A DNA stretch of 64,000 nucleotides. It comes from Octopus vulgaris (lineage: Eukaryota). A program made the position numbers and the translations under genes. Below the pieces are notes generated by a model. That model worked only from the letters and a program-made list of their open reading frames with translations. It did no database searches and had not been told where the DNA came from. Location of the stretch: positions 102,300,001 to 102,364,000 of the forward strand of contig OX597820.1 in assembly GCA_951406725.2 (NCBI GenBank), in the 5' to 3' direction. Of the stretch, positions 12,982-26,378 are shown piece by piece (positions within the stretch are counted from its first letter, which is position 1; every line of letters begins with the position of its first letter).

Positions 12982-13953
12982 TCATTTAAAATATTTTAAA
13001 GTCTTCAATTTAGCGTGGACACAAACTTGACCTAGTTCGATATGGTTATTCAATAGGTTTCTATGTTTTCTATGCTTTAGAATTTCATATGTCTCCATGG
13101 AGCATAGTTGGCAACCAACCCTACTATTTTTATACGGAATTGCTCTCCTAACTATTTCCCAATTAAGGTTATAATTTTTATTATTATTTTTGAGTTCCCA
13201 GATTTTGTTTGAAAGTGTGGTGGTACCAGCTTTATGACGTAATTTAAAAGTCGAGATGTGATTTCTAACTCTAGCTAAAAAATTAATTGTACATCCAATG
13301 TAAAAATATTTGTTATTCTCCGTGGATATGGTACATTTATAGATTACATTATTTTCTCCACATAGACCAGGTGCCGGGCATTTTGATTTTATTCTACACT
13401 TACACACAGGAGGAACACCTTCAGGCTTTGGATTATTCTTGGGTAGATGTTTTAGGTTCCTATTATTTTGATTATCATTTCTATAGTTGGTGCTGATATC
13501 TAAAGTATTGCTATTATTTCTTGATCCTTCTGTTTCATTATTTAGATCTAAAGTCCTACCATGATTTCTTATATTATTGGTAATGTTAATATTATTGCTA
13601 GTCTTTTTATCCGACTTCATATTGTTGTTATAGATATCACTAATATTTTCATTCTCCTTATTTTCTCTATTTTCCCTATTTCTATTATTTCTATTATTAA
13701 CATTATTACTTCTACTAATATCGGCATTGCTATTATTACTATTAATGTTAATGCTATTAGTCATTCTGTGGTTACTAATTTCACCTATGTTTTGATAGTT
13801 ACTATTGCTGTTTTTATTGTTGGTAGTATTATTACAATTGCTATTGGTATTCATGCTGATATTATTATTATTATTATTATTATTATTTATATTTCTATCT
13901 TTCCTGGCTAGTTTAATGTTGTTATTATTAATCTTAGCTATTAAAGTGGACAT
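12982..13953 (-). CDS. GIY-YIG endonuclease domain of PLE polyprotein (C-terminal part) with Asn-rich linker
   Basis: CKCR..CP..G.C..NVIY..YIGCT..F..R..H..F..TTLS..IW.LK..W.I..Y..CQLC..E..I..LN..E..CVH matches the Naiad-type GIY-YIG pattern. Confidence 0.85.
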   Translation of the reverse strand: MSTLIAKINNNNIKLARKDRNINNNNNNNNNISMNTNSNCNNTTNNKNSNSNYQNIGEISNHRMTNSININSNNSNADISRSNNVNNRNNRNRENRENKENENISDIYNNNMKSDKKTSNNINITNNIRNHGRTLDLNNETEGSRNNSNTLDISTNYRNDNQNNRNLKHLPKNNPKPEGVPPVCKCRIKSKCPAPGLCGENNVIYKCTISTENNKYFYIGCTINFLARVRNHISTFKLRHKAGTTTLSNKIWELKNNNKNYNLNWEIVRRAIPYKNSRVGCQLCSMETYEILKHRKHRNLLNNHIELGQVCVHAKLKTLKYFK

Positions 13954-14112
13954 ATTTGGAGGGTTGAATAAGAAATCCTAACTGTTTTCCTAGAAATAAT
14001 TCTATGATATCTATGAGAGATAGGGAAATTTTTTTCCAGAATCACTTTGAATTTGTTCTGTATATCCGATTGTATCGCACAGTTGAAAGGAATATTCAGC
14101 CATAATATATCT
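13954..14112 (-). pseudogene. Frameshifted upstream continuation (post-RT thumb/linker) of the PLE ORF
   Basis: Translates DILWLNIPFNCAIQSDIQNKFKVILEKNFPISHRYHRIISRKTVRISYST and joins PNMSTLIAKIN after a 1-nt shift near 13962; fits the W.NPP..F..FP..H..I...SYS..PNM motif. Confidence 0.8.
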
Positions 14113-14156
14113 TTTTTTTTTTTTTTTTTTTATTAAATTTAGGGTTCGTAGAATTA

Positions 14157-15201
14157 CTAACGGTGTTATCTCTTTAGATTCTCTTTAAATTCATAGCTGA
14201 TTTCAACAGCAATAAATTAACTGTTTTAACTGGTCAAAGAATAATATTCTCCTCTAATTCCTAGATGCCTGTAAACTAAAACCAGACTTGTCGTCTACTA
14301 ATTCTTCTGTATAACTAGAACCCTTTTTTTCTTTTTCTTTCTTCTTTCTTCTTTTTCTTTTTTTCTTTTTTCTTCTTTTTCTTTTTTTCCCTTCCTTCCC
14401 TATTTCTTTCTCTTTTTCTTTTTCTTCTTCTTATTCTCTTTTTCCTTTTCTCTTCTCTTTGAGTCCCCCTTTCCCCCCCTTTTTACTCCCTCCTCTTTTA
14501 TTTTCTCTCTTTTATTTTCTCTCTTTTTTTCTATGCCCTTCCCTTTTCTATTCTATACAGCTCTAGTAAGCCCTTCAGCCTTTAAAAGTTAAATAGCTAC
14601 AGCCTCTTGTAAATAGCAGTAATGTGATTAATGTGGCAAATACCTAATCATATAGCAAGAATTGATACCTACCTCATTGTGTTCAACCATTGATAAATTT
14701 ATCGCCTGTGAATATGAAATTCCTTGAAATTTACACCTACACCATTGGAAATTGTGCATCTATACAAAGGATTAATTCACCCTCTCTGTAATTCTAATAA
14801 GCAGGAATTGAAACCCACCTCGTTGTAATTAACAATGGATAAATTTGCCTTCTGTGAGTATGTAATCCCTCATCATATCTCTGGAAATGCATATGTGCAC
14901 TATGGATTGGGTCACCTTCTCTGTGATGCTATTAAGACTTTTTTAAAATTCTGTGATAAGACTGTACATCATCTTTAAAGAACTTGAATGAACTTTTGAA
15001 ATCTGTTTATGTTACTTAATTATCTACATTACTTCATGAGTATAGCCTCAACCACTAGGATGTCTAGAGAACTCACATGTATTTTAGCTGATGAGTACGG
15101 GACACGTTTATATGCTGTAATTTTTGCAACTTTTAATAAAACCTGTCCTTGTATGAAACGATTGTACTAAAAACCTATCCATTCTTGTTGCTTCATTCTC
15201 G
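14157..15201 (+). repeat. Right arm of 1.05-kb inverted repeat
   Basis: See 11354-12400. Confidence 0.95.
15082..15172 (+). ncRNA. Type I hammerhead ribozyme (canonical core)
   Basis: CTGATGA at 15088, GAAA at 15155, GUA cleavage triplet 15164-15166, stem I TTTTAG/CTAAAA. Confidence 0.85.
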
Positions 15202-15795
15202 TATATATATATATATATATTATGTATTTATGTATTTATATATGTATACACAAATACATACAAACACACACATGTACACACACACACATTTATATATGGG
15301 CAGATAGCTAGATAGAGATAGATAGATAGATAAAGAGGAAGAGAGTCAGACAGACACACAGACAGACAGACAGACAGACAGAGGACTACTGAGAGAAAGG
15401 TTTGTCAAGGTAATTTTCTTCAGCAAATGTAAAAAAGAAAGACTTAGATTTGCTATAGCTATGTTATAGACTGTATAAAATGGCTAAAATGTTGTTCTTG
15501 GCACTTAATGAGACACTGATAAATCATGATAAAATATTTTATGACATTTATTTATTGATCTCTCTTGGTTTTATATTTTTAATTTTTGCTTTTTTTTATA
15601 TGGTTTCAAGACAGGAATGTATATAATGATAAATGGGGTGCGGGTGGGGGTGAGAGGTGAAGTAGAATAAATATTATCAATCTCATGCTTCATTTCAAAA
15701 GTCAATATATATGTATATGTATGTGCATGTATGTATGTATATACATATGTATATACGCATATTTTCATATGTATATATGCATATACATATGTATA

Positions 15796-15840
<45 letters not shown>

Positions 15841-16290
15841 ATGGATGGATGGATGGATGGATGTATATGCATATGTGTGTATATATATGTATATACATAT
15901 GTGTGTGTACATATATGTATGTGTGTATATATATGTATTTATGTATGTATATACATGTATATATATGTGTGTTCGTATGTGTGGGCGTATGTGCACGCAT
16001 GTGTGTTATTGTGTTCTCTTTTCTTGACATTATGCAATATTTTTAAATGATTATCACTGTTACATGAATTCTGTTATTCCAATCTTCTTTGAAAAGAAGC
16101 TTGGACATGGTGAAATAATTGATTGGCTGAATACAAGTCAGTGTTGGCAACAGGAGAAGCATCCAGCCATATAAAACCTGCCTTATTTAACTCTGTCTGA
16201 CCCATGCAAGCATGGAAAAGTGAATGAAAAGAAAACAAAAGCAAAATGAAACCTATGGTGATGTTGTTGTTGTTGGTGGTGGTGATGATT

Positions 16291-16346
<56 letters not shown>

Positions 16347-16560
16347 TAAAATTTGTCGCTTAGCCAAAGAAAGAAAACTTTAGTCAAGCTGTGATTGTAA
16401 GCAAGTCCCCCCCACCCCAAAGAAAAAACATCAAATATGAAACAAAACAAAACAAAAAAAAAGTGAAAATTAATTGTTTTAGGAAATCAGGAATATATTT
16501 CTAAGAAATTTAATTATCGTCTTCAATGAACAATCTGACCATTGTTAGCATTGAAGGTGA

Positions 16561-16603
16561 TAAGTATGCATATATTTCAGTCATAACAGATCTCATCAGC
16601 TAA
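16561..16603 (-). ncRNA. Degenerate minimal hammerhead
   Basis: UUAG CUGAUGA GAUC..GACU GAAA UAUAUGCA UA CUUA; imperfect stems. Confidence 0.4.
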
Positions 16604-16804
16604 GCTTAATCTTCTCAAACCCATTTAATGAATAAATACATAGTTTTGATAAGCAAACAATTGAGTTTTATACAATTACATTTCACACATTGTAACATAA
16701 AAGGCATTCATAATGGATCTCTTGTCACTGAGTAAAAGTGCACCTTGTTATGAAATGCCATGCATTGAAGCACATCAAGCCAAGTTCTGAAAGATGTCAG
16801 TAGA

Positions 16805-16849
16805 CTGCCAGACACATGTTTCAACATAATTAAGCCACCTCAGTGACAG
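16805..16849 (-). ncRNA. Minimal hammerhead (A9 altered)
   Basis: CUGUCA CUGAGGU GGC..GUU GAAA CAUGUG UC UGGCAG; 6-bp stem I, GUC site. Confidence 0.6.
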
Positions 16850-17719
16850 ACATAATTTCAGACATTCATTGCTATGTCAGAACTTCTGTAAATAGCAAAA
16901 CATTTGCTGACATGTGCTGATGCTTTATGAAGCTGTAATTGGTTTATAAAGGTGCACAAAGCAGCAATGCCCAAAGTAATAGTATGTGCCTTTCTTTTAA
17001 CATACTCCTTAAAGGTAGGACATGGAAAACATAAGTTTTGCTCTTTACATATTCTAACAGTGGCTCCAATCAGACTATGAGTGACCCAAACTGTATCAGT
17101 GTCTTTTATTGAGGGGATTTAATCACACAGAAATGCATGTCTTTTGTTTTTTCAACACTCATCTGTTTCCAAGCAACCATACATTCAAGGTAATCATACT
17201 TTCATTCATTCATTTATTCAATCATACATACATATGTACATACATGCATGCATACATACATACATACATAGTTTATATATGAACATACACACACGCATGT
17301 ATATATGTAATGTATATGTTTATATGTGTGTATGTGTGTGTGTGTGTGCATGTATGTTTGTGTGTGTGTGCATGTATGTTTGTGTGTATGCATTGACATA
17401 TTAAAGCATACCAGAGAATTATAGAGAAATTTATATTAAACAGTCTAATGATTTGAAATTTTTTTGAACTGGAGAGATTTGAACAGATTTCTTTTAACAG
17501 ATTTCTTTTGCTTGATGGCTCCTGATTTATGTTTGCATGTATGAACATGTAAGTATGTGTATGTACATATTGTGCACCTATGTATGTTATGTATGTATGT
17601 ATGTATGTATATATGTATGTATGTATGTAGCTGTCTGTCTGTCTATGTCTGTATGCCTGCCTGTCTGTCTGTCTATCTATCTATCTCTTTATCTATTTAT
17701 TTATCTATCTGTCTAACTG

Positions 17720-17796
<77 letters not shown>

Positions 17797-17846
17797 TTAT
17801 CTATCTATATGTGTGTGTATGTCATTGGAGTAATAAGGACTTAACT

Positions 17847-18098
17847 AAAAGCTCTATCTGTGACGATTTCATCTCAATCGAAGGAGAGGGGCTTTCTCCG
17901 TCCGGGTTGTGGATCTGTGGAATAAGCTGCCGGACGAGATAGTGAAGATGCCGACAACCGCTCGGTTCAAAGTCTCTCTTGACCAGAAATGGCCTGAACT
18001 CTTTGCATGAACACCCTCCCTGTACATAACTCCATGTCCCCCTACATGGTCTTGCTTTTTGCTTTTTGAGCCAAAAAATTAACTTAACTTAACTTAAT
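17847..18098 (+). mobile_element. CR1-clade LINE 3' fragment
   Basis: KLYL*RFHLNRRRGAFSVRVVDLWNKLPDEIVKMPTTARFKVSLD (FSxRVVxxWNxLP..FKxxLD motif); (AACTT)n tail. Confidence 0.85.
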
Positions 18099-18846
18099 TA
18101 AACAATCTGAAGATGTACAGTTGCTTCTTAGCCACTAGACAATGGTCTGATAATACAAAAACTACAACTGAATGTTGTGTAACTTATAGAGATACATTTC
18201 GGTACTAGTTTCACACTTAGTATATAAATGTTTGTCATTAATTGTTTCGTATCAATTTACACATGTTGCAGTTGAAAATATAGTTCTTCTTTTAATATCG
18301 ATAACATCAGTGAGAACAGGTGACCTACATGTTCATACATGTATGCTGCTATTTCCCTCTGTCTTGTACCATGGATTCAACATCATTGCCAAATTCCATG
18401 GATTACATATCCTCTGCTAAAAACCAAACTTTCACTCAACTGACTGAGTGTGAAGGCTGCCGGATAAGTTTAAGATTCTTTCTTTTACTACATGGAGAGA
18501 TGTGGATTCAGAGTCATGCAACAAGAAGGACAGTATGAATTAAGCCCAACAGTTTATGAAAAGACCTTTGACTGAAGTGTATGGCTGAGATGTGTGTGGA
18601 CTCTGCATGGTGCAGAGTGCGTGAGTGAGTGAGTGAGTCAGAGAGGGAGAAAAAGAGAGAGATGGAGAGAAGAGGAGAAGGGGAAGAGAGAGAGGAGGAG
18701 GGACAGAAGGGCAGAGGGGAAGTGAGAGAGAGAAACCATATAGAACAGTAGAAACTGAATTAAATGTGAGAGAGAGAGAAGGGGGGACAGAGAGAAAGCA
18801 ATTGAGATAGAGTAGGTGAGAGAGAGAAAGATATATATATATATAT

Positions 18847-18884
<38 letters not shown>

Positions 18885-19775
18885 TCTAGAAGAGTAGAAA
18901 GGAAATTAATTCTGAGACTGTTTACTTCTGAACAATTCCTTGTCTAGTACCTCTAACACAAACAATAAAGAATACTCAATCCACAATACTGTAAAATACT
19001 GTTAAGCATGTGTGTGTGTGTGAGAGTGTGCATGAAATCTAAGTTGCAATAATCTTTTCTACTCTAGGCACAATTCCCGAAATTTTTGGGGAGGGATCCA
19101 GTTGATTAGATTAACCTCAACTTGTACTTAATTTATCAAAGTTGACCTTAGCGGAATTTGAACTCAGAACATAAAGACAGACAAAATACCACTAAACATT
19201 TTGCTGGGCGTGCTAATATTTCTGCTAGCTTGTTGCCCTATCTAAGTTGCATAATATGTTATGACTTACAAAGAGGCAAGCTGGCTGATTCGTTAGCACA
19301 CTGGGCATAATGCCTAGTGGTATTTCATCCGCCTTTACGTACTAAGTTCAAATACCATCATGGTTTATGTTTTTGTTCATCCTTTCGGAGTCGATAAAAA
19401 TAAGTACCTGTTGAGTACTGTGATCAAGGCAATCGACTTACGTCCTCCCCCAACCCCTGGAATTGCTGGCCTTGTGCCAAAATTTGAAACCAATATGTTA
19501 TGACTGACGTAACACACTGTCTTCTTATAAAATAAATACCAGCGATATGCTGTGGATTGATTCAATTGATTAGTTTCTTCTGTTCTATAGACATTGATTT
19601 TAAACTAACTGCTAATAAAGTGAAGAACTGAATGTGAGAAATAGACATTATTGGATGAGAATACGGCACAAAATGAATTTGAGAATGCAATCTTTAAAAA
19701 TCTGATAACATTAAGGTATATGTATATACATACTTATATACATACAAACACACACACACATGTATATACATACAA

Positions 19776-19832
<57 letters not shown>

Positions 19833-20168
19833 CATACATACATATATATGTATGTTGTATATATATTTGTGTGTTCAAGTGTGTATGTATGTGTGTAATT
19901 GTGGGTGTTTGTGTGTGCATGTCTGTATATGTCTAACATAGTACTATTAGGCAAAGTTTTTTATCACTGAAAAGCACCAAGTGAAAAGTACATTAGGGTT
20001 ACTAGGCAACAAAGTGACTAGGTTTTAGTATTGATTAAACCAGTTTCAGTTTTGTATCTTTATTGTTTTGAAGAGTTCTTTGTTTGGTGGTTTGTAGGGA
20101 CTTAATTGTACTCTGCTATTATTGGCAGTGGACACACATATGCACATGTATACACATGCATATTTATA

Positions 20169-20230
<62 letters not shown>

Positions 20231-20501
20231 ATATAGTTGAAATTTACAGAAGAACAAAAGTTGGATACAAGTGTATGAACAACAAGCAGATGTTATTAGT
20301 TTGATGCTCAAGAAAGTGAGAAAGTCTTTTATGTTTCAAGCCTATGCTCTTCAACAGAAAGGTAGATGAGGAAATAAACAGAGAAAGAATAAAAAATCCA
20401 TGTAGATTTAGCGACCAATCATGGCGACAGGGTAGGAAAAAATAGTTAGACAGGAGAGCTAGGAAGAAGGGGAGATAATAATACATATAGCTATCTATCT
20501 A

Positions 20502-20569
<68 letters not shown>

Positions 20570-21464
20570 TATATATTTGTGTGCATGTATATATACTCAC
20601 ACGCACATGCACTCACACACATACACACACATATATATATTCATTAGCATATATGTTCACACATACATATATATGTGTGTTCATGCATACATGTATGTGA
20701 CAGTGTGCTTGTGTATGCACACATACACACATACACACACACACATACACACACGCATACACAAACATACATACATGTTTGTATTTGTAAGTACATTGAT
20801 GTGATACGTCTAGTGCAACAGGGCTTACAAAATAGTTAAATGTACACCCTCCACACATATATATACACACACATATACTCATATACATTCTACACATGCA
20901 TGTACCACATACTCACACACACACGACTAAAAATGTACAGAACTGTAAAAATAAAACCTTATCAATTTCTGATGGACATTTGTGTCAATATGTTTTTGAT
21001 AAGAATTCTCATTTCTCTGTTGAGATAACAGTTGTTAATGCTGGCATATCTGTCCAAATCAACAAGGTATTGGCATCCTGGTTTGGAATTAGAAAAAGGA
21101 AAAGGAAGAAATGCATGCAGGGCTCTAAAAGGACAGTGTTTGATCTCAAAGGGCAATATTTTTATATGAAGCAGATGAGAGCTAATTCTCCATCCAGATT
21201 GTATAACAGCCTAATATAAACAGAAAGTAGGATTCTCAAACCTGTCCCTTATTTCTCATCTCTAAGTCATTATAGACATGCAGAATTAAGGGTACGTTTG
21301 GGCTCATTTATCACTGATCTGTATCCTCAATTGTGAGCCATGTTATACTCATCTTGAATTGAGCTGTGATAAAATGGGTCGGTAATGAGTTAAAGAATCT
21401 CCTTACTCTCAAAAACATGTCCCACTGACTACCTACAAAGTTCAGCTACTCAGAGTACACTTAC

Positions 21465-21552
21465 TATTGCTTATATTTATACGACAATGCTGCAAGGCTT
21501 TGTATTGTGCTCATGGACATAGGACCAGTAAACAGAAGAAATGTAAAGCTAC
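21465..21552 (-). other. Candidate 88-nt exon
   Basis: Pyrimidine-rich ...TCAG acceptor, GTAAGT donor, one open frame GSFTFLLFTGPMSMSTIQSLAALSYKYKQ; no recognised homology. Confidence 0.3.
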
Positions 21553-21978
21553 CTGATTCAAAAAGCAAAACAAATGAGTGTATTCTTTCAAGGAAAAGAC
21601 GGAGATGATTGAGGAAATACATAACAATGGTAGCTTGTCTGCTGTGGATCACAAGTTTGGTGTCAATAAAGGCACCATTGATCCCATTTACAAAGAGTAT
21701 GGAGATGATTTATTCATCACAAATATTTTGGAATCAGTCACCCGCCTTTTATCTTTTACTTGTTACTTATTTCAGTCATTAGACTGTGGCCATGCTGGAG
21801 CACCATCTTGAAGATTTTTAGTTGAATGAATTGATCTAAGTACTTATTTTTTTAATACTTCTTTTATAAGCCTAGTACTTATTCTATCTGTCTCCTTGGC
21901 TGAACTGCTAAGTTATGAGGACATAAGCAGACCAGCGTTTGTTGTCAAGCAGTGGTTGAGGACAAACTCAGTTGGAAA

Positions 21979-22066
<88 letters not shown>

Positions 22067-23284
22067 CAATGAGCTTCCTTCAGTTTCTGTCTACCAAATC
22101 CACTCACAAGGTTTTGGTTGGGCCCAAGGCTATAGTAGAAGACACTTATCCAAAGTGACATGCAATGGGACTCAACATTGAACTGTGTAGTTGGGAAGCA
22201 AGCATTTTACCACATAGCCACAACAATGCGTAACAAAATGTAAAAAATGTCACATGATATTTGAACTCAGCGTCTATGAGTTGGTAGTTCAATATTATAT
22301 CCACTTAGCCATCAGTAACTATTAGAATATTACAGATTCGTCAATTCTGTCACCAGCACCTGACCCAGGACCATTGTCAAGAAAACTTAACAATTAAAGA
22401 CCCAACTGAGTTGGATGTAAATAAATGTTATGTTAAAAGAAGTGTTGTTGTTATTGCTAAAATCTTTACAGGTTCACATCTTATAAGTTTCAAAATTCTG
22501 TGGGAGGCTGGCATCATTTTCAGGGAAATTTTTTGACACATGAAATTCTAGAATCATCTCCCCACTTTGAATCCCCTTCTGTTGGTGGTAGCAGCAAATA
22601 AAACAGAAAAGGTGAGAAACATCTGAAGACAATTTGTAGTCAAATTCAAACATTTTTGTTGTAAGTAATTTTCGTTTCAATTAACTTCATACTATCTCAG
22701 TGTTATAAACTGATAACTTTTCAATACCAGAAAGAAAATTGTATTTTGTTGAAGCCAATGCAAACTGGCCTTGTTGTCATGATAACTTGAAAATTATCAT
22801 CATCATCATCATTGTCATAGTCATCATCATCATCATCATCCTCATCTTTTAACATCCATCTTCCATGTTGGCATGGGTTGAGGGTTTTGGCAATATCTGA
22901 CAGTTCCTAAAGATTACATCATACCCCAATGTCTGCTGTGATGTACTTACTATGGCTGGATGCCCTCCCTACTACCAAACACTCAACAGAATGTACTGAG
23001 TGCTTTTACATGGCACCAACATTAGTGAGGTTATCGGGCTGTTTGCAAGTGTAAGATCCCTTTTAAATGTGCAGTGATACAGTAGAGATGAAGGCAGTTT
23101 TACATTAGGAAAATCAGGGCAGAAGAGAACAGGTTCCTTAAACAAAATAAGACTAAGATTCACCACTTAATATTTTTTTATAACAGACTTGGTTTTGGAA
23201 TTGATTTATCTTGGAGTACTTTTATCATTTTATCTTTTATTTGTATCAGTTATTCTATCAGTTGTCAAGGAATGGTGGGGGCTA

Positions 23285-23335
<51 letters not shown>

Positions 23336-24178
23336 ACACACACGTACACACACACATATGCGATGAACTTATTTTAGTTTCCATCTACCAAATCCACTCA
23401 CAAGACTTTGGTCAGCCTGAGGCTATAGTAAAAGACCCTTGCCCAAAGTGTCACACAGTGGGACCAAACCCCAGAACCATGTGATTAGGAAGCAAGCTTC
23501 TAACCACGCAGCCACGTATATATATATGTACATGTGTGTATGTGTGTTTGTGTGTGTGTATACAATGGCATTCTTTCAGCTTCCATCTACCAAATCCACT
23601 CACAAGATTTGGGTGAGACTAGAGCTATAATAAAAGACATTTGCCCAAGGTGCCATGCAGAGGGACTGAACCTGAAACCATGTGGCTTGGAAGCAAACTT
23701 CACACTACACACTACACAGCTATACCTGCATTTATTAGCTTCTTTTTAAATAAACGATTCAACTGCTCCAAACATTTTGCTCTCTTTCACTTTATTCATA
23801 TCAGGAAGATGAAAAGAAAAGATGGTTAAGGAATGCAATCTTGGATCAAAGAAGTATGAAAGTAAACACTAGAAAATATCTATGTCTCACAAATCATTTC
23901 TATTGTATTGAAACTTATTTTATGTAATGTGTGTACACAGCTTACTAGTTTTAATTTATGTAAGTTATATATATATCTGTAAACCTGCACTTTCATTTAT
24001 ATATTTGTCAGCATGTTTTTTTAATAATTTCCAATGCAAATATCATCATTTTTTTTTCATTCATTTCTGTTTCCTCATTTATTATTGTTAAGAAAGCATA
24101 CATTTTTTTTCTTGTTAGAAATTATCTTCATCTTTATCATCATCATTATCATCAACATCATCAGTTTCACCATCGTTG

Positions 24179-24215
<37 letters not shown>

Positions 24216-24407
24216 TATTGTTATTGTCATTGTTACCATCCTTGTTAGTGACACTGTCATTGCATAACTGGTAATTATTTCATCAACCCCCAAAAAGATG
24301 AAAGGCAAAGTCAACCTCAGCGGAATTTGAGCCCAAAATATAAGGACAGATGAAATGTCACTAAGCATTTTGTCTGGTGTGCTAATAATATTTCTAATTA
24401 ATAATTA

Positions 24408-24815
24408 GGCACAGGAGTGGCTGTGTGGTAAGTAGCTTGCTTACCAACCACATGGTTCCGGGTTCAATCTCACTGTGTGCCACCTTGGGCAAGTGTCTTC
24501 TACTATAGCCTCGGGCCGACCAAAGCCTTGTGAGTGGATTTGGTAGACTGAAACTGAAAGAAGCCCATAGTATATATGTATATATATATGTGTGTGTGTA
24601 TGCATATCTTTGTGTGTCTGTGTTTGTCCCCTCAACATTGCTTGACAACCGATGCTGGTGTGTCCCCGTACCTTAGCAGTTCGGCAAAAGAGACTGATAG
24701 AGTAAGTACTAGGCTTACAAAGAATAAGTCCTGGGGTCGATTTGCTCGACTAATAGGCAGTACTCCAGCATGGCTGCAGTCAAATGACTGAAACAAGTAA
24801 AAGAGTAAAAGAGTA
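24408..24815 (+). mobile_element. SINE family A, full length
   Basis: Homology to 1793-2190. Confidence 0.85.
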
Positions 24816-26331
24816 ATCATTTAACATCCATGTTCCATGCTGGCATAGGTCGGATAGTTTGAAAGAATCTGATAGGCCAAAGGACAGCATCATGCTCCAG
24901 CATCTGCTTTGGCATGGCTTCTATGTCTGGATGTCTTTCCTAATACCAACCACTTTAAAGTGTGTGTCAGATGCATTGTTATACCACTAGCTCTTGTGAA
25001 GCTACCATGGATTGTGCAAAACTTTGAATCGCAAGGCATAAATTTTTTGCCTTGAGATGAGGGGTAAAAGTATGAGAGAAGTGACCAGAACAGAATAGAT
25101 TTCTTGCTGTAGAGGAGCTATGTGCTTATTTACATTTTAGAAGAGAGTATGGGATTAATTGGGTGAAGATGGAAATGCATGAAACTATAAAAGGGATGTC
25201 AGAATGGGCCTTTAAGTTATATTTGCTAAAAATAAGTGAGGCAGAGGGACAACTTTTCTCTACCAAAATCTACTCAGAAGGTATCAATTAATCCGATGTT
25301 ATGGTGCAAGGATTGAACCTGGAATTAAGTGGTAGCACTGCAAAATTACTAACCACACAACTACGCTTGCCTCCATTGATTGATAGTTTCCAAGGGAACT
25401 AACTTCTATGATAAACAACTTGCTCAAATGTTTATTGTTTGACTTCATGATACCTATCTTTTCTCTAGTCCTTTTATCTTCCATTATACTATACAGCATG
25501 GAGGCATGTGGCTTAGTGGTTAGGGTGTTAAACTCATGATTGTAAGGTTATGGTTTCAATTCTTGGACTAGGCTGTGTGTTGTGTTTGTGAGCAAAACGC
25601 TTTATTTCATGTTGCTCCAGTTCACTTAGCTGGCAAAAATGAGTAATTTTTCAAAGGACCAGTGTCCCATCAAGGTGGGGAATATATACTTCATGGAAAC
25701 CAAGAAACTGGCCCTATGAATCTATGATTTGGGAAGGAGCTTTACTTTTTCTAGTAGACTATACAGAACATGTTTCTGAAATAGTCTGGCAATATTGCTA
25801 AAATTGCCACATACAGACATTCCGTTGGACTGGTTACATATAAGCTTCAGAGGCAGAAACAAAAAAATTCCTCATACATCAACTGCTTTTAAGCATATCT
25901 ATTCTTCTTAAGATAATAGTTTTTTTGTAGAGAAGAATGCTACAGTCATTAGTTTAGAAACGATAAGTTAGAATTTAGTGTAGGAAACTGCATATTCAGG
26001 AAGACTGAAGATGGTTAAGAATTTTTTTAAACAAGAAATCATGATGAAATGGAATTACAGTGACTATTTTTACTACCACTATGGTATTTAGTTAATGATA
26101 TCTACAAGTACAAGATAAATATAATGGCATAAGATTCATTGGTGCAGAAATTTGAAATTAAATATTAGTGTACTTTGCATTTCCCAGACTAGTTTGGCAA
26201 TGTTGCCAGATTTGCTCCAGACATGTTATTTTCATGGTTATATTCGAGAAGTTACTAATTTTACACAATATTAAAAGGTTTAGGAGAGAAAAAATAAATG
26301 CTTATGTCAAGCGCATTTAATCATATTTATC

Positions 26332-26378
<47 letters not shown>

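Larger units (their letters stand above)
11233..15201 (-). mobile_element. 5'-truncated Penelope-like retroelement (Naiad-type) with inverted pseudo-LTR duplication
   Basis: GIY-YIG ORF, 1.05-kb inverted arms, an HHR in each arm, (TA)n on both flanks. Confidence 0.9.

Noticed and set aside
11354-15201. DNA transposon or Polinton with long TIRs
   Set aside because: Arms are asymmetric (the tail extends beyond the left arm), the encoded domain is a PLE GIY-YIG, and the HHRs indicate a PLE pLTR inversion
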